Positions 9,614-18,271 of a stretch of DNA of 64,000 nucleotides are shown here, piece after piece (within the stretch, counting starts at the first letter, position 1; every line of letters begins with the position of its first letter). The stretch spans positions 31,375-95,374 of IMG/VR virus record IMGVR_UViG_3300036985_004568; one strand, 5' to 3'. The notes under the pieces were generated by a model that saw only the letters and a program-made list of their open reading frames with translations, did no database searches and was not told the DNA's origin. The position numbers and the translations under genes are program-made. The DNA comes from a virus.

Positions 9614-9859
9614 TTGTCTTATCCAAATAAACAAAATAGAAGTATAGTTATAGGAAGTAAATATGGCAACTATACTGTTATTAGAAAAACTAAACGATAT
9701 AAATTAGGCCATTATAAAACAGGGCAAATTCGTAATTTTATATGTTCTAAATGTAACTGGGGGTTGGGATGTTTCAATGATTCCCCACTTTATCTTACAC
9801 GTGCCATTAAATATTTAAAGGAGTACAATGGGAATTCTTCTGGCCTTAGATCAAAGTAG
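9614..9859 (+). pseudogene. Internally deleted endonuclease VII-type homing endonuclease remnant
   Basis: N-terminal IGSKYGNYTVI joined almost directly to the EndoVII C-terminal HYKTGQIRNFICSKCNWGLGCFNDSP..L.RAI.YL. The first CxxC and the DHxH aspartate are missing. Confidence 0.6.
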
Positions 9860-10391
9860 CACTGCAACTGGGTATTGTGTTATGCGTAATGGTAAAATAT
9901 CAGAAGTAGGTTGTATTAATGTAAGGGCGTCTTTAGACCTTTTTGAACGTACTGTAGAAATGAGTAAGGACATTCGGGAATTATTGAATAAGTTTAAGCC
10001 AGATTATCTTTGTCTTGAGGAGATATATGGTCTGCCGGGGCGTTATACGGCCCTTAAAGCACTCGCTATAGTACGTGGCGCCCTTATTTTAGTATGGTAT
10101 GAATATAAACATGAGGCACCTATTGTTATTAATTGCTCCTCAGCTAGATGTAAAATAGGAATAAAGGGCAATGCTAAGAAACCGGAGGTTATGGCTGCCG
10201 TTAATGCTAAGTTTAATCTTAAGATTGAAAATGAACATGAGGCTGATGCAGTAGTATTGGGAGTAGTAGGTAATGATATGCTTCCAGCTAAAGAGCCTGA
10301 AATAGAAGTGACCAATACTGCGGTTAAAGTTAGAAGTAAGGGAACTAAAGTGGGAAAACTTAGTAAAGGTGGAAAGAAGGGGAAGAAGTAA
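9828..10391 (+). CDS. RuvC-like Holliday junction resolvase
   Basis: LALDQSSTATGY, CLEE, GNAKKPEV, HEADA. Confidence 0.9.
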   Translation: MGILLALDQSSTATGYCVMRNGKISEVGCINVRASLDLFERTVEMSKDIRELLNKFKPDYLCLEEIYGLPGRYTALKALAIVRGALILVWYEYKHEAPIVINCSSARCKIGIKGNAKKPEVMAAVNAKFNLKIENEHEADAVVLGVVGNDMLPAKEPEIEVTNTAVKVRSKGTKVGKLSKGGKKGKK

Positions 10392-11899
10392 TGAAATTTA
10401 AGTCCTTACATTTAGAAAACTTTCAAAGTTATGACAAGGCAGATATCCTCTTTACTGATTTTAAAATAACTTTTGTAACAGGTTATAATCAGGATACTGG
10501 TAGTAGTAATGGTGCCGGTAAAAGTGGTATTAAAGAGGCCCTTTTCTACTTATTATTTGGTAGATCTAAAGTTAAAGGTCCAGATTTAATTAGAAGGGGG
10601 CAAAAGTCACTAAAAATATCTGGTAGTATTGAGCACAATTCCTATACATTAAATATTAGTAGAACACGAAAAGCGCAAACTGCAACTCTAGAATTAGAAG
10701 TCAACGGAGTACCAAGTGTAGGAACTGCTTCTGAATTGCAAACTAAAATAGAAGAATTACTTGGTATTAATATTGAATCTTTTACTACTTATTCAGTTAT
10801 TGACAAAGTAAGACAGACAGATTTAACCCAATTATCTTCAACAGATTTACGTTTAGTACTACAAGACCTATTGGGATTGGATAGATTACAAGGAGTATTG
10901 GTCTCCTTAAACTCTCATAAAAATGATTTAGAGAAGTATTTATTACGTGCCCATACTCGCTTTTACCCATCTCAAAAACGCCTAGATATACTACATGTTG
11001 TTCATGCTGAGTTAAAGAAACGTTGTGATGAGTATGGTGCACAAGTAGTTGAGTTATCTAGCAAGAAAAGTACACTAGAGTATGAGATTAGATCAATCAA
11101 GAACTTGAGGGAAGGTCTGTTAATGCAAAAGGAAGATTTATTAAAAAATTCTTCCTGTCCTACTTGTGGGGCCTCTATAATTTTAAGTAAACGAATGGAA
11201 GACCTTAATAAATGTGAAGAAGCAGTACTTAAATTCAATCAACAAATTGATACCAATACAAAAGAAGCGATGAGGATTGGTGGAGATATTGCAGGAGCCA
11301 TGCACCTCAACAACTCCCTTGGGAATAAGGTAGCCAAGTGTATTACTCGTATTGCACAATTATCGGACAGCATGAAGGAACAACAAGACATCAATGTAAT
11401 AAAGGTAGAGCAGGAGACTTACTCTTCTGCTCTAATAACTCTGCAAAATTATATTACGTCTGTTTTGGTAGATGTAGCATTAAAGATCGAAGACCAAATG
11501 AACCTGGAGTTATCAAGATTTAGTGATTTATTTTGTAAAATTAACCTATCTAAGACTACGCATGATGGCTTGATTGTACCCAATTGCTCTATTGTATTAT
11601 TTAGAGACCAGTATGAATATACTTTTGATATGTTATCTTCTGGGGAACAGGCCCTAGTATCCCTTATATTTAAGTTAGTAATAAGTAATCTTAGGGGTAA
11701 TATTTCAATGTTATTTGTTGATGAGGGACTTGATGCCTTAGATGAGGTTAATAGAGAAAGGATATTATCCCTATTAGAAGTAAGTCCCTATACACAAATA
11801 TTCATTATTTCCCACCGAGAAGACTCAGCCCACATAAAAGCTGGCCAAAAGATCCTATTAAGAAAGACTGATGGCATCACACAGATAATCTCAATTTAG
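10391..11899 (+). CDS. SbcC/Rad50-like SMC ATPase
   Basis: LENFQSY, Walker A NGAGKS, Zn hook CPTCG, LSSGE, FVDEGLDALD, ISH. Confidence 0.92.
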   Translation: MKFKSLHLENFQSYDKADILFTDFKITFVTGYNQDTGSSNGAGKSGIKEALFYLLFGRSKVKGPDLIRRGQKSLKISGSIEHNSYTLNISRTRKAQTATLELEVNGVPSVGTASELQTKIEELLGINIESFTTYSVIDKVRQTDLTQLSSTDLRLVLQDLLGLDRLQGVLVSLNSHKNDLEKYLLRAHTRFYPSQKRLDILHVVHAELKKRCDEYGAQVVELSSKKSTLEYEIRSIKNLREGLLMQKEDLLKNSSCPTCGASIILSKRMEDLNKCEEAVLKFNQQIDTNTKEAMRIGGDIAGAMHLNNSLGNKVAKCITRIAQLSDSMKEQQDINVIKVEQETYSSALITLQNYITSVLVDVALKIEDQMNLELSRFSDLFCKINLSKTTHDGLIVPNCSIVLFRDQYEYTFDMLSSGEQALVSLIFKLVISNLRGNISMLFVDEGLDALDEVNRERILSLLEVSPYTQIFIISHREDSAHIKAGQKILLRKTDGITQIISI

Positions 11900-11910
11900 T
11901 ATATAATATA
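11899..11910 (+). promoter_or_regulatory. GTATATAATATA motif copy 2
   Basis: Exact copy between sbcC stop and ATG 11920. Confidence 0.6.
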
Positions 11911-11919
11911 AGGTGAGAG

Positions 11920-12126
11920 ATGCTATACGAATACCATAGTGAGTCTATATATTGTGAAGTATGCAAAAAATGGTACAATATTTATAGAGAGGTATATCAG
12001 CTAGAGGGGTGGGGTGCACCAGGACCCCTTCTCTGCTTAGAAGGAGACCATATAGTTGGATATACCTGGGAACTACCAGAAATATTTTTACCTGGGTACA
12101 AACCACAAAAGTATACAGCGGAGTAG
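11920..12126 (+). CDS. Small Zn-ribbon-like hypothetical protein
   Basis: CEVC...C..H; AGGTGAG RBS. Confidence 0.65.
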   Translation: MLYEYHSESIYCEVCKKWYNIYREVYQLEGWGAPGPLLCLEGDHIVGYTWELPEIFLPGYKPQKYTAE

Positions 12127-12134
12127 GAGGAAGC

Positions 12135-12290
12135 ATGTTAGTCAAGGTATTACTGCAATATACGGCAACTCTTTCTTTTGTAGGGCTAACTATTGTAGGA
12201 CTAGTAGAGAAGGACTGGAACTTTGGGGTCGGGGTCAACCTGGGATTAGTAATATTATATATATTTCTTTACTTTACCCCAATTAAATGA
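12135..12290 (+). CDS. Small two-TM membrane protein
   Basis: AGGAGG RBS before ATG 12135; two hydrophobic segments. Confidence 0.65.
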   Translation: MLVKVLLQYTATLSFVGLTIVGLVEKDWNFGVGVNLGLVILYIFLYFTPIK

Positions 12291-12553
12291 TATTTATACT
12301 AGAACTTATATTAGCAGTTACTGGTATGTTCCTCCTCTTACTAACTATGGTATTATTAAATCTAATTGCTGTAATAGGTTATTCCTACTTAATTGACCCT
12401 AAAGAAGATGGGGACGAGTTATATTCCCTATTGGGTAAATTATCTAGGCAGGTTCAAGTGATAACGTTATTCCTATTTATACCGATTGGACTAATTATTT
12501 TAATAAAACAACGTAGATTGGAAAAATGGAAAACATATTTAGAGAGATTATAA
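12287..12553 (+). CDS. Two-TM membrane protein
   Basis: Hydrophobic segments; ATGA overlap. Confidence 0.65.
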   Translation: MIFILELILAVTGMFLLLLTMVLLNLIAVIGYSYLIDPKEDGDELYSLLGKLSRQVQVITLFLFIPIGLIILIKQRRLEKWKTYLERL

Positions 12554-12963
12554 ACCTACGTGGGGAAGATGCAATGGATATCATAAAATACGCCATGTAT
12601 AGAAGATATTCGGCTATTAGAGTTGCATTTAGGGAAGTCAAGTGGTTTATTCAGCGGGGTAAGCGTGGATACGCAGACTGTGATACCTGGGATTTTGATA
12701 CATACTTATCAAAAATAATTTGTGGGGGTTGCAAAAGACTCAAAGAAGGGGATTCCTCTTTACCCTTTTCCCTATCTATTAAATATTCAAATTATGCTGA
12801 TGCAGAAAAGAAATGGCGTGAAATATTAACTAAAATAATTAGAGCGTTTAGTCTAAAGAGGCTGTGGATGGACGAATGCAGGTTCCCAACTAAGTCAGAA
12901 CTTAAAGAAATAGAGGTTGGGTGGAGGCTGTTTAAGAAGTACTATGGTGATCTTTGGGACTAG
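12526..12963 (+). CDS. Phage hypothetical protein
   Basis: WFIQRGKRGYADCDTWDFD..W..IL.K...F..LF.KYY..LWD pattern, familiar from phage hypotheticals. Confidence 0.75.
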   Translation: MENIFREIINLRGEDAMDIIKYAMYRRYSAIRVAFREVKWFIQRGKRGYADCDTWDFDTYLSKIICGGCKRLKEGDSSLPFSLSIKYSNYADAEKKWREILTKIIRAFSLKRLWMDECRFPTKSELKEIEVGWRLFKKYYGDLWD

Positions 12964-12977
12964 ATAGCTCCAGTTTG

Positions 12978-12989
12978 GTATATAATATA
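12978..12989 (+). promoter_or_regulatory. GTATATAATATA motif copy 3
   Basis: TGGTATATAATATATAGT is identical to copy 1; followed by AGGAGG. Confidence 0.65.
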
Positions 12990-13004
12990 TAGTAGGAGGG
13001 CTCA

Positions 13005-13349
13005 ATGAGGCTAGAACTGATTAAAGCAGATACTGTATACGAGGGGATGTCCATCTCAGAAGACGCTTGTAAATCTGTAGTAGATAGTTTTAAGGGTCCA
13101 GTATCCATAACATTTGCCACCACTAAGCTCATTATGGGTAAAATAGTCTCAGTTGAGTATGATCCTATTACTAAGGCCATTTATGGTGAAGTAGAGTTAG
13201 ATATAGTGGTAATGGCAGGTGTGGATGGAACGAAGTCTATAGATACCCCTATGGGTAAGCGCATAATAGACGGAATACTAACTTCAGGAATTTTAGTACC
13301 TAAATCTTTGATGCCCGGAGGAAAAAATGCCCACAAAATGGACAAGTAA
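13005..13349 (+). CDS. Hypothetical protein
   Basis: Strong RBS; 114 aa. Confidence 0.7.
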   Translation: MRLELIKADTVYEGMSISEDACKSVVDSFKGPVSITFATTKLIMGKIVSVEYDPITKAIYGEVELDIVVMAGVDGTKSIDTPMGKRIIDGILTSGILVPKSLMPGGKNAHKMDK

Positions 13350-14400
13350 AGAAACCCAAATATTAAAGAAATTATTAGAAGACGGAAAGACTCTTCGTGA
13401 ATGTGCCAATGTTATAAGTAGGCCCTATAGTAGTGTTGAACACAAAAGTAGGGAACTACAATTTACCAAACCTGCCGTTCAATTAACAGGGACGATGAAG
13501 GACAAGGGCCTTTCTATTAAAATAATTCAGACTTTAAAAGATAATTTACGAGGAGTTACCCCATATGTTGCAGCAACTCCTGCATATACTAAAGGGGATA
13601 CTTTAGTAATACAACTTTCGGATCTCCATGCTGGTAAGATCGTTAAGGAACAAGATGGTTCTATTAAGTATGACGAGCATGTATTTAGAGTAAGGATTAA
13701 TTGTCTATTTACACAGATACTTAAACTATTGGATAATAATATCACCAAAAGTGTTAAGATCACAAATGTTGTTATATTATCTACTGGGGACCAAGCTAAT
13801 GGTGAGGGCATCTATGCTACACAGGCTTATGAACAGGAAATGGCTCCACCCCACCAGGTTATGTTGGTTGTTGAAGTTATTCAGAAATTAATAGTATCTT
13901 TACTAGCTAGAAAATTAAATGTTAGTTTTTACGGAGTTAAAGGTAATCACGGTAGAACTGGTAAAGATATGGATACAACCTCAAACTGGGATTTAATGAT
14001 ATATATGATCCTAGATTTTTGGTCAAAACAAGTATTAAAGAACCCAAATCTTACAATTAAGTATGCTGAAACAGACTACATGACCTTAGCAATTAGAGGC
14101 CATAGGTATCTTATAAGGCACGTTGCCCCTGAACAGTCAGATAGCCCTTCAGGAAGAGTTAAATTTAATGAGTGGGCTAGAATGCACGGAGTTGAGGCAA
14201 TAGTATATGGCCATTTCCACCATTTTGGTCTAAATGATTGTGATGGAGTACGTATTTTTAGGGGGGGATGTGTCCCTGGAGGAGATGCCCTATCAGAACA
14301 GATGGCTAAAAGCTCAAATCCTATTCAGTTGATTTGGGGAGTAAATGAAGCAAGGGTAAGTACATTTTTCTATGCAGTTGACTTGGGAGGGGAAAAATAA
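13327..14400 (+). CDS. Calcineurin-like metallophosphoesterase with N-terminal HTH
   Basis: KWTSKE..L...GKT..ECA HTH; SDLH, TGD, GNHG, RH, GHFH. Confidence 0.88.
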   Translation: MPTKWTSKETQILKKLLEDGKTLRECANVISRPYSSVEHKSRELQFTKPAVQLTGTMKDKGLSIKIIQTLKDNLRGVTPYVAATPAYTKGDTLVIQLSDLHAGKIVKEQDGSIKYDEHVFRVRINCLFTQILKLLDNNITKSVKITNVVILSTGDQANGEGIYATQAYEQEMAPPHQVMLVVEVIQKLIVSLLARKLNVSFYGVKGNHGRTGKDMDTTSNWDLMIYMILDFWSKQVLKNPNLTIKYAETDYMTLAIRGHRYLIRHVAPEQSDSPSGRVKFNEWARMHGVEAIVYGHFHHFGLNDCDGVRIFRGGCVPGGDALSEQMAKSSNPIQLIWGVNEARVSTFFYAVDLGGEK

Positions 14401-14401
14401 C

Positions 14402-15091
14402 ATGAATAAACTAGAATTGGCTAAAGTTATTGACCATACAAATCTTAAACCTGAATTAAATCGTAAGGGGATTATAGCCTTACTTAACGAAGCTAAAGAG
14501 TATAACTTTATTGCCGTATGTATTCCGGCAAGTTGGGTATATTTTGCTAAACAACGATTGGCGGGAACTGGGATCCAAGTAGCCACTGTACCCAACTGGG
14601 AATCTGGTGGTGGACTATTGAGATTAAAAGGAGAGTCTGCTTTTGAAGAAGCTGATGCAATTGACTATATTCTTGATATTCATAGGTTTGTTGTTGGTAA
14701 GGACTGGCCTAAAACAGCTATGGAACTAGAGCAGATAAGGTTAAAGACCCGTGGAGAACTAAAAATAATTATTGAAACCACCGTTATTAGGGCCGTAGCA
14801 GAGGAAAAGAAAGAAAGTTATGAGCTACTCCTTAAGAAAGCTTGTAAATTAGTACAAGAATCTGGAGCGAACTGGATAAAGACAGATAGTGGCTTATTTA
14901 TGAGAGATCCAAAGACTGGAATGCAGGATTTACTCAATGATGTTAAATTAATGAGGCAGTTCTGCACTCTTCCAGTTAAAGCTGCAGGTGGGATAAAGAC
15001 TAAGGAAGAAGTTGAAAAGTTAGTTGAATTAGGGGCTACTAGGATTGGAACATCTAGAGGAGTTTCTATAATTCAAAGTGCAAAGGAGTAA
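14402..15091 (+). CDS. deoC: Deoxyribose-phosphate aldolase
   Basis: IDHTNLKP, AVCI, LKIIIET, WIKTDSG (Schiff-base Lys), VKAAGGIKT, GATRIGTS. Confidence 0.92.
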   Translation: MNKLELAKVIDHTNLKPELNRKGIIALLNEAKEYNFIAVCIPASWVYFAKQRLAGTGIQVATVPNWESGGGLLRLKGESAFEEADAIDYILDIHRFVVGKDWPKTAMELEQIRLKTRGELKIIIETTVIRAVAEEKKESYELLLKKACKLVQESGANWIKTDSGLFMRDPKTGMQDLLNDVKLMRQFCTLPVKAAGGIKTKEEVEKLVELGATRIGTSRGVSIIQSAKE

Positions 15092-15093
15092 AC

Positions 15094-15465
15094 TTGAATA
15101 GACTTATGTTGCAAGAGATTTTTGGATTTGCCTTAATCCTAACTGGAATTTTAGATGCCATAAAGTACGTAATACAGGCATCTAAGATACGCAAGGAGAA
15201 GTCAGCAGAAGCAATGTCCCGGAGATTTGTAAATTATGCCATACTCAATGATATAGTAAAATTAGGCTATGGACTGGTTATTAGAGACCTATTCATTATA
15301 TCCACCTCAGTCCTAGCTTTAGTATGTATGCTGTACTTATTTTGGACAGTGTACATTTTTTATAGTTATGAGACCTACCCTAGGAGAGTGTACATAAAGC
15401 GCCCTAGTTTATGGAAATACACTATTAATTCAATAGTGCCAAACAATAAAAGAAAACATCTTTAG
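15094..15465 (+). CDS. Three-TM membrane protein, PQ-loop/SemiSWEET-like
   Basis: Q..KI.K.KSA..MS loop between TM1 and TM2; YG..I.D in the TM2-TM3 region. Confidence 0.6.
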   Translation: MNRLMLQEIFGFALILTGILDAIKYVIQASKIRKEKSAEAMSRRFVNYAILNDIVKLGYGLVIRDLFIISTSVLALVCMLYLFWTVYIFYSYETYPRRVYIKRPSLWKYTINSIVPNNKRKHL

Positions 15466-15474
15466 GAGTTAAAT

Positions 15475-17064
15475 ATGGCTGATAATAGAGTAGAAAATAC
15501 CCCTCCCAGTATAGCACCAAAATTAGAAGCATTAGACTCCCAATTTAAGTTTGTTACTTATTTAATTGGAGCTATGCAGATCACTGCTGAAAAAGATGGT
15601 GGTGGGGAAAAGCGAGAAAATCTTGATAAAGAACTTCGTTTAAGAAATGTATTTCCAATTAATCCCGTTAAACTAGAGGAATCCAAAACTGGTATGTCCT
15701 CAGAAGAGATTACTATTAAGATGAAGGGCTGGATAGCATCTGGATGTTGGGATAAATTTGGAGAACAAGCCATTAATATTTGGAAGGGACGTGATTATGT
15801 TGAAGCCAACGGAAGTCTCAAGCATGTACCCGGGGACATTGCTTACTGTACAATGTCTAGCTGGATTACTTTTAGGCTTTCTTCTGGCGACCAGCCTTGT
15901 ATTGCTAACAATACTCCTATTACAATGGCTGACTTTTCTACCAAAATGATTCAAGATATTGTTCCTGGAGATAAGATATTAGGATTTGTTAAAAGAAATA
16001 GGAAAACCTATTTAACTGAATCTACTGTTTTTGAGACGTTAGATAGGGGGATAAAAAGTACAGTGCAGTGTTTAGGGCCAAATTCATCCGTATTTGCTAC
16101 TCCAGATCATCCATTTTTAACACCCAATACACGATCTGGTTCAATTTATGCTCCAGTCAAAGATATTGGGACCTGTTTTGCCACAGATTGCAGTCCATTA
16201 ACTCTAGAATTTATAAAAGGTTGGTTTTTAGGTTATACACAACATGATGGAAGTATGATAAATACAAAACATGGGGCGGCTTTAACTTTTTTGTCTAATA
16301 AGCAAGAAGAGATAAACAAGGTATATGAAGTAATGCAGAAATTAGGACTAACACCTACTCCAGTTAAACGAGGTGGATTAAATTACAAATATTGGGTAGT
16401 TGGTACGTATAAAAGGTCCGACATTCTACTTGTACAAAAATGGCAGAATGAACTAACTGGAAAAGTGCAATTAAAAGGTTGGTTAAGTGGGAGTATTGAT
16501 GCTGATGGTTATTATGAACTTGAGTCAATAAGGTACACCCAAGCAGAAGTACATAATAGGAATATAGAACAATTTAAAAAAGCACTTGAGTCTATTGGGA
16601 TCAAGTATTCCCTACAAGTACGCAATCGTAAAGGTCTATTTGGATTACGTAGTATTAATGCAACTCCGGAATACACGATTTGTATGCCGAAAAGTGTTGC
16701 TTTTACATGTCCCTCCCTATTAGCATATAAACGTTTAAATTTTAAGTATACTATTGATAAGTTACAGGTACCCATAACCACAATACCTGCTGGCAAGTTG
16801 CGAGTTTTTGATCTTGCTACCTCAACAGGAAATTTTATGGCTAATGGTTTTATCGTACATAATTGTGGTTCTTACATGGAGTGTGGGATCGCTATGGAAC
16901 ACGGTATACCAATCTATCTTATAACGGATATACCTAAAAAAGAATTAAAGCAAAGTTTACTACAGGCAATATTAGTGACCCAAGGAGAAGTATTCAGGAC
17001 TGAGAATGAATATTTACTCTTCATAGATAAGAAGTATGATTTAAAGAGGAAAAATGCGGATTAG
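15475..17064 (+). CDS. Nucleoside 2-deoxyribosyltransferase/nucleotide N-glycosidase-like protein interrupted by an intein
   Basis: Extein YLIGAM..., NP, and after splicing P-CGSYMECGIAMEHGIPIYL (NDT-family GT/SxxExGxA..g.P). Confidence 0.75.
   Translation: MADNRVENTPPSIAPKLEALDSQFKFVTYLIGAMQITAEKDGGGEKRENLDKELRLRNVFPINPVKLEESKTGMSSEEITIKMKGWIASGCWDKFGEQAINIWKGRDYVEANGSLKHVPGDIAYCTMSSWITFRLSSGDQPCIANNTPITMADFSTKMIQDIVPGDKILGFVKRNRKTYLTESTVFETLDRGIKSTVQCLGPNSSVFATPDHPFLTPNTRSGSIYAPVKDIGTCFATDCSPLTLEFIKGWFLGYTQHDGSMINTKHGAALTFLSNKQEEINKVYEVMQKLGLTPTPVKRGGLNYKYWVVGTYKRSDILLVQKWQNELTGKVQLKGWLSGSIDADGYYELESIRYTQAEVHNRNIEQFKKALESIGIKYSLQVRNRKGLFGLRSINATPEYTICMPKSVAFTCPSLLAYKRLNFKYTIDKLQVPITTIPAGKLRVFDLATSTGNFMANGFIVHNCGSYMECGIAMEHGIPIYLITDIPKKELKQSLLQAILVTQGEVFRTENEYLLFIDKKYDLKRKNAD
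15898..16863 (+). mobile_element. Intein with LAGLIDADG homing endonuclease (322 aa)
   Basis: Block A CIANNTPI, block B TPDHPF, FLGYTQHDG and LSGSIDADG, block F VFDL, block G FMANGFIVHN followed by Cys. Confidence 0.95.
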
Positions 17065-17260
17065 TGTATATTTTAAGTGTAAAGGGTGCATGGGGACGGG
17101 TTGGGCAACTCCCAATACTCCTTGTCCTACATGTAAGGGTAAAGGGGAGGCGCTCCACCAATTCATGGATGTTATAAAGGTAATAGAGTTTCCAGATAAC
17201 ACTGAATACGCAGAACTAGTAGTTAAGGAGAATAATGCACCCAGTACTAGTAGCAATTAG
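17054..17260 (+). CDS. DnaJ-type CxxCxGxG zinc-finger protein
   Basis: CKGCMGTG and CPTCKGKG. Confidence 0.75.
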   Translation: MRISVYFKCKGCMGTGWATPNTPCPTCKGKGEALHQFMDVIKVIEFPDNTEYAELVVKENNAPSTSSN

Positions 17261-17561
17261 TCTTTTCGTAGTAGGGATATTGGAGAACTTCCTAATATCA
17301 GTGAATACTGATTTTCGTATTCAGAAGAGTAGGTGGGGATGCTTTATTACTTCCTTTATTATTGCAGTAACTTGGTGTTATATTGTGGGGACAGTTACTG
17401 AAAATCTTACGGTTCTTTGGCTTATTACAATTTATTCTATAGGGTATGGTGTAGGGGACGTATTAGGGCTTCATTTTAATAAATACCTGGAGCATATAGT
17501 TAAGAAGTATAATCTTAAATTACGCAAACTTCGTAAGCGTAAACTAAGTAGAAAGAAATAA
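17235..17561 (+). CDS. Three-TM membrane protein
   Basis: Hydrophobic helices, YSIGYGVGDVLG motif, basic tail. Confidence 0.7.
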   Translation: MHPVLVAISLFVVGILENFLISVNTDFRIQKSRWGCFITSFIIAVTWCYIVGTVTENLTVLWLITIYSIGYGVGDVLGLHFNKYLEHIVKKYNLKLRKLRKRKLSRKK

Positions 17562-17707
17562 TGGCAGATCATCCCATAGTTGGCGGAGGTGATACGGAGT
17601 ATTCAAAAAATTATGATAAAATATTCCGTAAGCCCCTTAAGGTTCGCCTAATAGATAAGTGGAACAGGTTTCTAATTAAGTTATTTCTTGAGAAAAGAAA
17701 GGTATAA
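17561..17707 (+). CDS. Small hypothetical protein (48 aa; not in ORF track)
   Basis: TAATG coupling; MADHP...YSKNYDKIF...RKV. Confidence 0.55.
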   Translation: MADHPIVGGGDTEYSKNYDKIFRKPLKVRLIDKWNRFLIKLFLEKRKV

Positions 17708-17708
17708 T

Positions 17709-18053
17709 ATGTACCGCTATAATACTATACGAATTAGTGCTACGGGGTCTATAGAGTCAAGGTTCTTTCCTTATCATATAAATGCTGAGATCATTATGTT
17801 AGATTCTAAGCAAAGTACATTAGATACAGACATTATAAAGGGCATCCTATCTAAAAACCTCAACTTAAAGAACGGTTCACTAGAGAATATAGCCCGGGTA
17901 CTAAGTTTAAGATTATCCCGGTACGTTTTTAAGGCATATCCCTATGTATTAACTATTAAAGTTAAGGTACTTTGTAATGAGGATGGTATTAGCAGTGAAA
18001 TGGAGCTTTCAGAAGAGGAATTAGTAATTGAACAAAACAATGGAGGGTTATAA
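17709..18053 (+). CDS. Hypothetical protein, possible T-fold (FolB/QueD-like)
   Basis: LD..IK.IL...SLENIA..L...V.TIKVKV pattern; weak. Confidence 0.45.
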   Translation: MYRYNTIRISATGSIESRFFPYHINAEIIMLDSKQSTLDTDIIKGILSKNLNLKNGSLENIARVLSLRLSRYVFKAYPYVLTIKVKVLCNEDGISSEMELSEEELVIEQNNGGL

Positions 18054-18268
18054 TGGAATTAGTTGCAATGAATATTCAGAATGCTAGGAATTTGGTATGG
18101 ATAGGGGTTAATATCGGGATAGGTTTAACAATGGGGTACATAGTTGTATCTTTCATTGGGGGAATACTGTCTTACTTCACTACTCCTAAAAATAATGATG
18201 TAGATACTGAGCGGATGTTCCAGGAATTATTAAAGAAAAAGGAAGAAGCCGATAATAAGGGGGAATAG
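18053..18268 (+). CDS. Small single-TM protein
   Basis: GGAGG RBS; one Gly-rich hydrophobic helix. Confidence 0.65.
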   Translation: MELVAMNIQNARNLVWIGVNIGIGLTMGYIVVSFIGGILSYFTTPKNNDVDTERMFQELLKKKEEADNKGE

Positions 18269-18271
18269 ACT

